A DNA stretch of 64,000 bases. Source: Octopus sinensis (Eukaryota). Below, one piece after another: positions 28,633 through 40,416 of the stretch. Within the stretch, counting starts at the first letter, position 1. Each line of letters starts with the position of its first letter. The stretch lies in NCBI RefSeq assembly GCF_006345805.1, contig NC_042998.1, forward strand, positions 62,558,001 to 62,622,000, in the 5' to 3' direction. Under the pieces are notes generated by a model. The model was not told the origin of the DNA and did no database searches. It worked only from the letters and a program-made list of their open reading frames with translations. A program made the position numbers and the translations under genes.

Positions 28633-29030
28633 GGCAGCGAGCTGGCAGAAACGTCAGCACACCGGGAGAAATGCGTAGCCGTATTTCGTCTGCCGATACG
28701 TTCTGAGTTCAAATTCCGCCGAATTCAACTTTGCCTTTCATCCTTTCGGGGTCGATTAAATAAGTCCCAGTTACGCACTGGGGTCGATATAATCGGCTTA
28801 ATCCGTTTGTCTGTCCTTGTTTGTCCCCTCTGTGTTTAGCCTCTTGTGGGCAGTAAAGAAATAGGTATTTCGTCTGTCTTTACATTCTGGGTTTAAATTC
28901 CGCCGAGGTCGACTTTGCCTTTTATCCTTTCAGGCTCGATTAATTAAGTACCAGTTGTGTACTGGGGTCAATCTAATCGAATGGCCGCCTCCCCCAAAAT
29001 TTCGGGCCTTGTGCCTAGAGTAGAATAGAA
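28633..29030 (+). mobile_element. SINE family A dimer (full monomer + headless monomer with a different tail)
   Basis: Junction GTGGGCAGTAAAGAAATAGG|TATTTCGTCTG at about 28860. Confidence 0.85.
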
Positions 29031-29216
29031 AAGATTATTTATCCGTAGTCTATGACTATTACGGCCTATAAAGCTATAATGTGGAAATGGAAATTATCTG
29101 TATAATAAAAATGAATTTTCTGCTCAGGTATCAACGGAGTATATGATATTACAATTCAGTGGTTACATGTCATACATTTTAATAGGGACTTTCTAAACAT
29201 TAATAAAAATATAATA

Positions 29217-29363
29217 TAGGCCTGGCTGTGTGGTAAGAAGTGGCTTCCTAACCACATGGTTCCGAGTTCAGTCACAATGCGTGGCTTCTTGGGCAAGTGT
29301 GTTCTATAGCCTCTGGCTGACCAAAGCTTGTGAACTGATTTGGTAGACGGAAACTGAAAGAGG

Positions 29364-29365
<2 letters not shown>
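29217..29365 (+). mobile_element. SINE family B, 5' half
   Basis: GGCTGTGTGGTAAGAAG...GGTAGACGGAAACTGAAAGAGGC. Confidence 0.8.
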
Positions 29366-29451
<86 letters not shown>

Positions 29452-29535
29452 CACACAGAAAGAAGCCAGTAACTTATATATATATATAAGAATAGGATAC
29501 ACATAAGTGTATGTATATGTGTGTGTGCATGCGTG

Positions 29536-29569
<34 letters not shown>

Positions 29570-29589
29570 TATAGGGAGAGTTTACGAAA

Positions 29590-29760
29590 AAAACAAAAGA
29601 CGAAGACAGGTGGTGTACAAAACAAACAGATGTATTAGTATAACGCTCAGGAATAGAAAAAGTCTTTTACGTTTCGAACCTACGCTCTTCTACAGAAAGG
29701 GACACAGAAAAAACAAGGAGAGAAAAAATGTGTGTAGTGGCTAATGATCTATCATGGCGA
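29590..29760 (-). mobile_element. Short Penelope-like pLTR family, copy 1, with variant HHR 29664-29699
   Basis: Same element at 45620-45785 and 50830-51000; CUUU-CUGUAGAA-GAGCGUAGGUUC-GAAA-CG-UA^AAAG. Confidence 0.7.
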
Positions 29761-30904
29761 CTAGGGCTGGACAGTATGACATGTATATATATAAAGATAT
29801 ATATATGAGATTCTGTTTCAATCTTGATGATGGAAGGTCAATGATTATTTGATTCCATGACTGACTGCATATTTTGAGGAACTACATCTACCAACATTAT
29901 GATGGGTCTCCAAGACCGCAGAAACAACAGTTGGACTTATAACATCTTACTTGTTCCCCTTTGATTTTGTCTGTCGTTTTGTACTCGGTGTACGGTTGAT
30001 GTCTTAATATTAATATCTATATGTTTATACCTAAATCGTTCGATAAACTTCAGTCTTTACTTTCTTTTTGTTTACACACACACACCCACACTCATACACA
30101 CACATCCACACACACACATTATCGTATATAAAACCCAATCCGTTATATAACCGCATAACTGCGTCCATATCTGCTCACCTTGATTCCTCTTATAGCCACT
30201 CTTTACTCCCACGGAATTGGTCCCTCATAAAGACGTTGGAGTCCAAGTTCGAATCATTTGAGCGCTACAAAGTGTTTTCTATACTGAGAATTTCTGGATC
30301 TCATTTGTTGAATAAATTTTACCGGTTTCATAATAGATTTTCAAAAGTGTATAATGCATGCAATAGTCTCGTGAATTATGTCTGTTGTTGCCGTTGAAGA
30401 AAACAAACTAAAAATAGTTTAAAAACAAAGGAAAACTAGTTTATTTCTAATGTAAGGATGTGGCTCAGAACGCTATTCCTTAACGTACAAATTGATTGAT
30501 TAACGGTTGACGTATTAAGCCCATGTGGCAGCCGCCTGAGAAGGTCACACAAAAAGCTTTTCTCTATTGAATATATCATACAACAGCTAGAGAAGTGTTA
30601 TAGATTATTATTTACTATCCTGTTATCAGTTCGTGCTAATTCATTCCCATTGAACATCTTAAAACTTCCTTTCGTTGTTAAGAAGATATCGAGGTGTAGA
30701 GTAAACGAGATAAATGATAGCAGCTATACAGAATTTTTGTCTTTTTAAGGAGTTCAAGTAGACATGCAGATGATCCTGCCGAAAACCTTCGTAAGAAATA
30801 CGTCCTTGATCTCAAGCTCAAATCGAAGGCAACACAAACATAACATTTTAAAACTGAGCTCAGGGAAATTAGATAACACATTATGAAAGCAATCAAATTT
30901 CTAT

Positions 30905-31345
30905 AGGCGTAGGAGTGGCTGTGTGGTTAGTAGCTTGCTTACCAACCACATGGTTCCGGGTTTTGAATTCAGAACGTAAAGACAGACGAAATGCCTATTT
31001 CTTTAGTCCCCACAAGGGGCTACACACAGAGAGGACAAACAAGGACAGACAAAAGGATTAAGTCGATTACCTCGACTCCAGTGCGTAACTGGTACATATT
31101 TAATCGACCCCGAAAGGATGATAGGCAAAGTCGACCTCGGCGGAATTTGAACTCAGAACGTAACGGCAGACGAAATTCCTATTTCTTTACTACCCACAAG
31201 GGGCTAAACACAGAAGGTAAAAACAAGGAGAGACAAGCGGATTAAGTCGATTATATCGACCCTAGTGCGTAACTGGTACTTATTTTATCGATCTCGAAAT
31301 AATGAATGGCAAAGTCGACCTCGGCGGAATATGAACTCACAACGT
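30905..31345. mobile_element. SINE B head (+, 30905-30962) abutting a SINE A trimer (-, 30963-31345)
   Basis: Two AAAGAAATAGG|xATTTCGTC junctions on the minus strand. Confidence 0.8.
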
Positions 31346-31610
31346 AACGGCATATACATAATATATGAGTTTGTATATCTATGAATATACATTTGGCAAA
31401 AAATGCGAGTGAAGATGTGTACGTTTTCATAGTGATGTAGCGTACGCACGTGGTTGCGCGAGCGCGCATGTATACGTATGAACAGGCACGCTTATGTGTT
31501 TACTATGAACTTTTAACCTTATCTTAATTAGCGCTTTTGTATAAGTAGCGGTCTATAACACAGTAATTTCCCTCTGTATAACGGTCTTTTTTCATACCGT
31601 TTTTCAGATG

Positions 31611-31680
31611 GCCAGATAACCGAACGGATGGAGGTGCGGATTTCCACCTCGGCATCCGAAACTCAGAGTTTTATCTTGGC
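31611..31680 (+). ncRNA. Type I HHR fold with mutated core (probably inactive)
   Basis: GCCAGAUAA-CCGAAC-GGAUGGAGGUG..CACCUCGGCAUCC-GAAA-CUCAGAG-UU^UUAUCUUGGC. Confidence 0.6.
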
Positions 31681-31747
31681 TACCGAATAATTTTCACATA
31701 TTATTTTACAGATATATGTATATATACGTATATATATATATGTATCT

Positions 31748-31831
<84 letters not shown>

Positions 31832-32068
31832 GCGTACATACATGCATGCATACTTACATATATATATATATGTATATATATATATGTGTGTATATATATA
31901 TATGTATTTGTGTATGTTTGAACTCGTGTGTGTGTTTATATCTATCTATCTATCTATGTATCTATCATCTCTCTCTCCTTCCTCTCTCTCTTTCTCTCTC
32001 TATATATATACATACGTACGTACATACATATATACATACATACATACATATATATATATATATTATAT

Positions 32069-32111
<43 letters not shown>

Positions 32112-32229
32112 TACACACACTCACACAAAAATATGCAGGACTTCATTTCGTCAAATAAATGCTTCCATTGCGTTGAGTGATATTTCCCAAAATTGCAACA
32201 TAAGAGTTAAGGTTAGATTTAGTTTGTTT

Positions 32230-32660
32230 GACATTGAAATCAAAACATCCGAAATATAGAAAGTTTTTGAGATGGAAATATACCAATATCTTTCAAAATT
32301 TGCTAAATTTTCTGTAAAATAAAAAATAGAATAAAAGCTACGGAAGCAAGTCAACAAAAAAGTTTCGCCAAAAAATATATACCATAAGACTGTGAATACA
32401 AACTTTAACATAGTGAAAATAAACAATAAAATTATTAGATAATAATTTTATTTTCACGTAGGAATATGAAAGCCAGTAGTTGGTGCTATGGAGGAAGAAC
32501 GATGTGCCAACAAGAAGTGAGGCATTGGTAGTAATATTTCGATAGTTATGTAGACTTAATATATTTAATCTGACTTGTCTGGCGTGATATGACATGGCTA
32601 TTGTTCGCACATCTATTATAACCTCTCTTCAGCGTTTTAAGTACACTTCGGCGGAGTAGC
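32230..32660 (-). mobile_element. Penelope-like pLTR with a long-stem-II HHR candidate (32527-32636)
   Basis: CUGAAGA-GAGGUUAU..UAGAU...GUCUA.AUAACUAUC-GAAA-UAUUA; stem I not recoverable. Confidence 0.45.
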
Positions 32661-32709
32661 CGTCATGATAGCGCCGACGGGGTGTATGCTTGCAGGTGTA
32701 TACTCACAG

Positions 32710-32742
<33 letters not shown>

Positions 32743-32906
32743 TACGCACAGAGACACGCGCGCACGCACACAGGCACACATACACACAATCTCGCGTACG
32801 CATACAAACACAAACATATATATAATACAAATATGTTTTACACGTAAATATATAAATATGTGTAGCTATGTACAAATCTATAATATATATATAAGTATAT
32901 CTAAAT

Positions 32907-32976
<70 letters not shown>

Positions 32977-33110
32977 TATATAATATATATACATATATAT
33001 ATACATATATGCAACAATGTATATGAAACATTTAAATATGCACACGTCTATAAATATATATGTATATGCATATACATATATATATGTATGTATATGTATA
33101 TAGATATGTA

Positions 33111-33206
<96 letters not shown>

Positions 33207-33966
33207 CATATATATAATTATGTATTTAGATATATGTATGTGTCTATGTACGTAAGTATATATGTATGCATGTTTGTAAGTATGTATTTTTGGTTTGTGT
33301 GTGTATAAATCTATCACATGGTGAAAAACTGTAGTGATGATTGAGTGGGACGCCATGAAATGAAATAAACTCGACGGCATGGTTTGACTTACTTTATTAT
33401 TAACTGCTTGTTTACTGCGACATAAAACACACGAACGCACAAGAGCATATTTATATTTTATGCATACTTACATACATATAACCCAAAGATGGAGCCTTGT
33501 ATCTTTGTTGGAAACCAGCTCCTTCCTCAATGGAAGAGTTATAACAATTAGAATATAGAAGATGCATGCATACATACATACATACACACACACACATACA
33601 TATATGTATATATGTTACCATTTTTAACCCTCCGTAAAAAAATCGCAAATTTTATTTAATCTGCTTTTGCGGGAAGGACTGTTTCCATGAAGTCGTGTCT
33701 CGCCTTTACCTTCGAACCGCGGAGTAGATGAAACAGAGGCGGCTGAAGAAGGGGAATTTTCCTTGTGTTGCATGTCTTGTACTCTATCTTTTCGTTGTTT
33801 AAGAAAAATGTCCATTTTCTTGGTTTTGTGTTTATGTTTTCGTTTCTCATTGTGTTCGACGTTTTTTTGGTGTCCTGTACCCATATATGCATGTATATAT
33901 ACATATAGATGTAGGTACGTACATATATGTATGTATATATGCATATGTTTTATTTATTAATTTGTA

Positions 33967-34859
33967 CACGGTGCGGTGTATAAATTGTCGTCTAAAGTAC
34001 ACAAAAATGAGAATAACACCGACGTCTCACTTTAACAGATATATTTATCAGAATTACATAAAATATCTTGACAATACTAAAGAGTAAATGTATTCAATAA
34101 AATCGCCATGGGCTTCGACCATGGCCTACAGACGACTTTGGAATCTCTTGCAACACTTCTGGAGGTTCTCCTTGTTTAAGTTGGTGAATGCTGCCATAAT
34201 ACTTGCCTTCAGGTCATCTTTGGTGTTATAATGTGTTTTGTTGGTCTCTTGTTCAACTACGCCCCCCATAATAATCAAGTGGGTTCCAGTTTGGGGAGTT
34301 AGGTGTTAGGCCAGATGTTAGGGGTGATGTGGTCGTAGAAATTGCTTGATAACCAGGACTGTGTTCTCCTGCTTGTATAGCATGGTGCAGAGTCCTGTTG
34401 CCAGACATAGGGTCTTCAAGCAGCTACATTCTTCCCCCAGAGCAGCACTACCTCTTCCAGTCACTTGCTGTATGTCACCGTATTGAGTCTGAGGCCGTGA
34501 GAGAAAATAAATGGAGGCATAACGTCGTCATCACTAGTGATCAGTCCGAATCCCATGATGTTGACTGGACGTTTTTAATTTTTATCACTCCCGGTACATG
34601 TCCTCAGATTCCACTTTCTTCAGATTGATACCAAACACTCTAAAATGTTCGTGTTGGAGCTTCCGTCGCAAATGACAAGTAGTAGAGAATGCCGTTTTCA
34701 AATTTCCAGCAGAATGAATTGCGTCATGATGGTGTGTTTCTCACAGATGATGCCCAACTGACCCTACTATACTGTATAGTCTACAAAATCAAAAACAAAC
34801 AAACAATGCGCATGCGTGAAATTAAAAATATAATATGGCGACAATTAACCCATTGCACC

Positions 34860-34862
<3 letters not shown>
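33967..34862 (-). mobile_element. Internally deleted Tc1/mariner (maT/DD37D-like) with both TIRs and TA TSD
   Basis: RPYVWQQDSAPCYTSRRTQSWLSSNFYDHITPNIWP, FTNLNKENLQKCCKRFQSRL, IMGFGLITSDDDVMPPF; TA|CACGGTGC...ATTGTCG at both ends. Confidence 0.85.
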
Positions 34863-34900
<38 letters not shown>

Positions 34901-35069
34901 CATATATATCGTGAATTATATTTGTTACTTAAATGTGGCTAACCCATAAGGGTTGATGCTACTGTAGCTTGTAACCCCAGGAAGACATCTCCTCCAGCTG
35001 GCTATATATATATATATATATATATAGCATACATACATGCATACATACATGCATACATATATGCATACA

Positions 35070-35546
35070 TGCATAGTCTTGGTGTAAAGGTGGGTATAGT
35101 AAATATTCTGTTCAATTCCTCAGATTTACATTCAGTTGCGTCACCTTAAAAAGTTGTGCGTGTCCCTTGATGGCTAACAATATGAGCATCTCTTGTCACA
35201 ATCAGGAGTAGTGGGGTAGCATCATAGCCATGTGCTGGGAGAGAATTTTTGGGATTTGATAAATTCAGCTCTGGAAGCGTCGGTGTTCAATAACCCTTAA
35301 ATAATCCTTATTCAGGTAAGTTTTTAGCGGGATGGGCTACACGACCTGAGTAAAATTCTAACTGGGTCCCTGCATGCAAGGTCATGCGCTGTTTATCTTG
35401 ATTTAAAGTCACTAAGTCGCACACATATGTTTGTGATGCTAGTGCCTGGCGAACTCTTATCATACGGGTAGTCATGATAGGTATATTGGGCTTCGTATAT
35501 TTGTACTCAAGCGTCACTTTCATGGCATGCGCTCTACTCTTTCGCT

Positions 35547-35547
<1 letters not shown>
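35070..35547 (+). mobile_element. Unclassified ~480-bp interspersed repeat ending in a trinucleotide tail
   Basis: Inverted diverged homolog at 55136-55600 (GTCATGCGCTGTTTA.CTTGA, TGGGCTTCGTATATT..GTCACTTT). Confidence 0.75.
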
Positions 35548-35611
<64 letters not shown>

Positions 35612-35654
35612 ATTAATAATAATGTGAATTTGTGTGTGTAATCTGGGAATGCAT

Positions 35655-35726
35655 ACAATGAGCTTCTCTGCCCTAGGTGTACGGAAAACACTCTGCGAGA
35701 AATAGAAGAAAATTTTAAGAAAGAAG

Positions 35727-35727
<1 letters not shown>
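35655..35727 (+). mobile_element. Tiny 3' UTR fragment of R4 family D
   Basis: TACAATG...TCTCTGCCCTAGGTGT shared with 37799-37850. Confidence 0.6.
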
Positions 35728-35773
<46 letters not shown>

Positions 35774-35799
35774 TAATAATAATAATAATAGTAATAATA

Positions 35800-35868
<69 letters not shown>

Positions 35869-35921
35869 GTAATAATAATAATAATAATTAATAATAATAA
35901 TAATATAATAATAATAATAAT

Positions 35922-36420
35922 AGGCACACACCAGAAAAGGTCACAGAAAACGAGGAAGCAACCATTCTCTGGGATATGCCAATACACACAGAGAAATTAA
36001 AGCCAACAAACCAGATATAGTTGTCAGAGATCATGAAGAAGCAAAATGCTTTCTAATTGATGTATCAATACCAGAAGATGACAACGTGACTCTAAAAGAA
36101 ATGGAGAAACTTTCAAAATACAAAGACCTGGAAATAGAGGTAACTCGAATGTGGAATCTAAAAACAGAAACAATTCCTATCATAGTAGGTGCATTAGGCA
36201 TGATTAAAAAATATTCAGACAAATACATAACCAAGACACCAGGACTTACAAACACATATAACATACAGAGAATTGGCTTCCTGGGCACTGCCCACATCCT
36301 ACGCAAAACACTTTCAATACAGTAACCATCAGAGCATCAAAACAAAACACAGCACGTATCCAAGGCACACAGAGCTGTGTTCGGTAATGAAGTGAAAGCA
36401 CACTATAAAAATAAAACTAG
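35922..36420 (+). mobile_element. R4/Dong family A, 5'-truncated
   Basis: HTPEKVTENEEATILWDMP...KYKDLEIEVTRMWNLK...GTAHILRKTLSIQ*; (AAT)n on both sides. Confidence 0.9.
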
Positions 36421-36425
36421 TAAAT

Positions 36426-36464
<39 letters not shown>

Positions 36465-36465
36465 T

Positions 36466-36496
<31 letters not shown>

Positions 36497-36516
36497 TAAT
36501 AAAATAATAATAATGA

Positions 36517-37341
36517 GATACCTAGCCCACAGTAAGGAAACCATGTTAATGACAGCTAGGATCGAGGGAGTATTGAAAGTAGAAAAAAAAGAAAAACAAA
36601 GGAAGATGTACAAAAAGGACGTGAAGAAGGATTACGAAAGAAGGGACTACACAGTCAATTAGGAATGAGCAAGTGTCTCCGCTGTGCCGCATCTGCAATA
36701 GAGTGGATGAAACATTGTCCATATCACGACCGAATGTTCTAGACTTGCCCGAAACCATTACAAGCTGTGGCGACACGACCAGGTAACGAAAGTGCTACAT
36801 TGGAAACTGTGAAAGCAGTAAGGGTTAGAGAGAAACAAGACATTGTATGAGCACAGACGCAGAGAGTGGCGAAATCGGAGACTATCATAATCCTCTGGGA
36901 TTTCCCGATTCAAACAGATCAGGTGCTAGAGCATAACAGACCGGATCTAGTGGTAGTGGACAAGGTGCACCATATATGCTATACAGTTGACGTTGCATGC
37001 CCCTTTGACACACGAATAGCGAAGAAGGAAGGTGAAAAGATAGACAGATACAAATCTCATATCCCGGCTATGGAAAATGAAGAAGGGGAAAATAATGCCA
37101 ATTATTGCTGGGTCCTTGGGAACAGTATGAGAAGGTATCAAGTGGAATATAAAAGAAATTGGAACAGAGTGCCCAGTAGAACAAGTACAAAAGATTTGCC
37201 TCCTTGGCACGGCCAGAATAATCAGGAAAGTATTAGATAGCTGAAAAGAACGAATAGTATAGCACCGTAGCCTGCAGTTAGTAAGCAAGCCCGCTACGCA
37301 TGCAATACTCCAGGTGCTCCAACAAAACTTGTGATAAAGAG

Positions 37342-37343
<2 letters not shown>
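36517..37343 (+). mobile_element. R4/Dong family C fragment
   Basis: KKGLHSQ, SPLCRICNRVDETL, LWDFPIQTDQVLEHNRPDLVVVDK...DVACPFD; (AAT)n on both sides. Confidence 0.85.
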
Positions 37344-37399
<56 letters not shown>

Positions 37400-37409
37400 C
37401 AATAATAAT

Positions 37410-37855
37410 ATATGGCGGGAAAAGAATTTGATGAGCTCAGAAAATATAAAGATTTACTCATCGAAATCGAAAAGATGTGGCATCCCAAGACGGTTACAAT
37501 GCCAGTGATTATAGGAGCACTTGGAATGATTAAAAAAGGAACTGAATATTATTTAAGAATAATCCCTGGCTTACCATCCATGCAGGAAGTGCCAAAGATT
37601 GTCTTAACATGTACGTCACATGAACTGAAGGGCACTGTCGCTGTGGATTTTCTTTCTTTCTTTCCTCTTTATTTTCTTTGTTTACTTATTCATTATTTAT
37701 TTTTTCCTTTTTCTTTCTGTCTTTCATCACCCTTTTCTCTATGACATGACTCTGTAAATGAACAATCTGGTGTATTTATTGTAATGGCCTACCATTGTAT
37801 ACAATGTGTTTCTCTGCCCTAGGTGTCAGGAAACAGAATTGAAAGAAGATGACAA
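37410..37855 (+). mobile_element. R4/Dong family D 3' end
   Basis: KEFDELRKYKDLLIEIEKMWH...PVIIGALGMIKK...PSMQEVPKIVL plus pyrimidine-rich 3' UTR. Confidence 0.85.
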
Positions 37856-37875
37856 TGATAATAAAAATATTAATG

Positions 37876-37924
<49 letters not shown>

Positions 37925-37925
<1 letters not shown>

Positions 37926-38368
37926 CAATACACACAGATAGAGAAATTAAGGCAATAGGCCAGATATAGTTGTCAGAGATCATGAAGAAAAAATGCTTTC
38001 TAATTGATGTATCAATACCAGCAGATGACAACGTTTCTCTAAAAGAAATGGAAAAACTTTCAAAATACAAAGACATGGAAATAGAGGTAACTAGAATGTT
38101 GAATCTAAAAACAGAAACAATTCCTATCATAGTAGGTGCATTAGGAATGATAAAAAATATTCAGACAAATACATAACAAAAACACCAGGACTTACAAATA
38201 TATATAACATACAGAAAATTACCCTACTGAACACTGCACACATCCTACGCAAAACACTTTCAATACAGTAGCCATAAGAGCATCACAACAAACCACAGCA
38301 CAAATCCAAGGCACACAGAGCTGCGCTCGGTAGTGAAGTGATAGCACGATATAAAAATAAAACTACTG
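37925..38368 (+). mobile_element. R4/Dong family A, 5'-truncated
   Basis: CFLIDVSIPADDNVSLKEMEK; 3' end AAAACTACTG|AATAAT. Confidence 0.9.
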
Positions 38369-38449
38369 AATAATAATAATAATAATAATTATAATAAAAA
38401 TAATAATAATAATAATAATGATAAAAATAAAGATAATAATAATAATAAT

Positions 38450-38630
38450 ACAGGACTTACAAACACATATAACATACAGAAAATTGCACTACTAGGCACT
38501 GCACACATCCTACGCAGAACACTTTCCATACAATAACCATCAGAGCATCACAACAAATCACAGCACATACCCAAGGCACACAGAGCTGCGCTCGGTAGTG
38601 AAGTGAAAGCACGCTATAAAAATAAAACTA

Positions 38631-38633
<3 letters not shown>
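38450..38633 (+). mobile_element. R4/Dong family A, short 3' fragment
   Basis: CAGGACTTACAAACAC...TAAAACTACTG|AATAAT. Confidence 0.9.
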
Positions 38634-38694
<61 letters not shown>

Positions 38695-38712
38695 TATAAT
38701 AATAATAATAAT

Positions 38713-39123
38713 AAGGCCTTCTCATAGTCTACAAACGCAACGCAAAGAGGCAGCTTGTACTCATTCGCTCGCTCAAGCAGTTGTGTTAGAGTAAATATAT
38801 GGTCCATCGTGCTGTAGTTCTTGTACGTCGAGATGATGTGATAACCTGTTCAGAATTATCTTCGTGAACAGCTTGTACTCGTGAGACAGCAGACATATGG
38901 GTCGGTAGTTCTTTAGATCCTCTCTATCGCCCTTGTGCCACCTATCCTTGTCAGTGAGGCTGAAAGAGCCATTAGCTTGATGAAAAACGGAAAGGCGCCA
39001 GGGAAAGACGGTATAACATCGGACGTGCTAAAGTCAGACAGAGAGCAGCTCTGGAAAATCCTCGCTGAGCGATTTACGCAATATCTAGACGAGGGAAGAA
39101 TTCCCTCGCGGTGGAAAGAGTCA
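38713..39123. mobile_element. RTE-clade RT fragment with an internal inversion
   Basis: Plus 38935-39123: VPPILVSE...KAPGKDGI...RWKES; minus 38937-38713: [18 protein letters not shown]...TMDHIFTL...AFVDYEKA. Confidence 0.9.
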
Positions 39124-39199
39124 GATATATATGCATACACATATATATATATATACAGATATATATACACATACACACATACACAGACACACAGACACA

Positions 39200-39250
<51 letters not shown>

Positions 39251-39373
39251 ACATCACAATCAAGGAACGGCCATAATAGGCCATTCACCCACTAGAAATA
39301 ACAGCCAAAGCTTCAACCGCAAAAAAACATCAATTCCGTAAACCAGAGAAAATTAAAAAACATTTACCCTGTA

Positions 39374-39479
39374 ATTTCTTATACGATGCACCGTTTCATC
39401 TACTGTTTAATGGTAAACTAACCTGATTAAATTAAATCAAGCAATCTTCCATAGGCCCTTAGAATCATCAGTAAGAAAT
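39374..39479 (-). ncRNA. Type I hammerhead ribozyme, copy 1 (branched stem II)
   Basis: AUUUCUUA-CUGAUGA-UUCUA...UAGAU-GAAA-CGGUGCAUCG-UA^UAAGAAAU; 8-bp stem I. Confidence 0.8.
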
Positions 39480-39859
39480 AGCCAAGTCGGAACAGATATT
39501 TTCACGAGGCATTTCCGACCCTGCTTCGGCAATATCTGACCTAAAATTTTCAAATCATCGCACTCGCGCCAAATTTATCGGCAGCAAATAAATATAAGCC
39601 GCCGATTCCATTACGGAATTAACCAGAAAATTCATAATTAATCAATATAGGGTGGCAAAAAATTTTGTAGAATTTTTTTGCCACCAGCGGCCTAGTGGGA
39701 AAAAATTAAATAGTCATAGACCATTTTTAAGTTCAACATCACAATCAAGGAACGGCCATAATAGGACATTCACCCACTAGAAATAACAGCCAAAGCTTCA
39801 ACCGCAAAAAAACATCAATTCCGTAAACCAGGAGAAAATTAAAAAACATTTACCCTGTA

Positions 39860-39966
39860 ATTTCTTATACGATGCACCGTTTCATATACTGTTTAATGGT
39901 AAACTAACCTGATTAAATTAAATCAAGCCAATCTTCCATAGGCCCTTAGAATCATCAGTAAGAAAT
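39860..39966 (-). ncRNA. Type I hammerhead ribozyme, copy 2
   Basis: As copy 1; stem II 3' arm reads UAUAU instead of UAGAU. Confidence 0.75.
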
Positions 39967-40091
39967 AGCCAAGTCGGAACAGATATTTTCACGAGGCATT
40001 TCCGACCCTGCCTCGGCAATATCTGACCTAAAATTTTCAAATCATCGCAGGGTCGGAAATGCCTCGTGAAAATATCTGTTCCGACTTGGCT

Positions 40092-40198
40092 ATTTCTTAC
40101 TGATGATTCTAAGGGCCTATGGAAGATTGGCTTGATTTAATTTAATCAGGTTAGTTTACCATTAAACAGTAGATGAAACGGTGCATCGTATAAGAAAT
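40092..40198 (+). ncRNA. Type I hammerhead ribozyme, copy 3 (inverted arm)
   Basis: ATTTCTTA CTGATGA (40100-40106) ... GAAA CGGTGCATCG TA TAAGAAAT. Confidence 0.8.
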
Positions 40199-40416
40199 TA
40201 CAGGGTAAATGTTTTTTAATTTTCTCCTAGTTTACGGAATTGATGTTTTTTTGCGGTTGAAGCTTTGGCTGTTATTTCTAGTGGGTGAATGGCCTATTAT
40301 GGCCGTTCCTTGATTGTGATGTTGAACTTAAAAATGGTCTATGACTATTTAATTTTTTCCCACTAGGCCGCTGGTGGCAAAAAAATTCTACAAAATTTTT
40401 TGCCACCCTATATTGA

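Noticed and set aside
29897-29935. CCAAC/GTTGG and GGTCT/AGACC stems around a GAAA
   Set aside because: Core and stem III are non-canonical; at best a fully decayed HHR
33670-33760. CTGAAGAAGGGG motif suggesting an HHR
   Set aside because: No GAAA in the correct position; permuted folds inconsistent
39650-39696. Helitron interpretation of the 39248 unit (TC start, GGTGGCAAAAAA hairpin, CTAG)
   Set aside because: The repeat continues past CTAG in both tandem and inverted copies; the HHR/pLTR model explains the whole structure better
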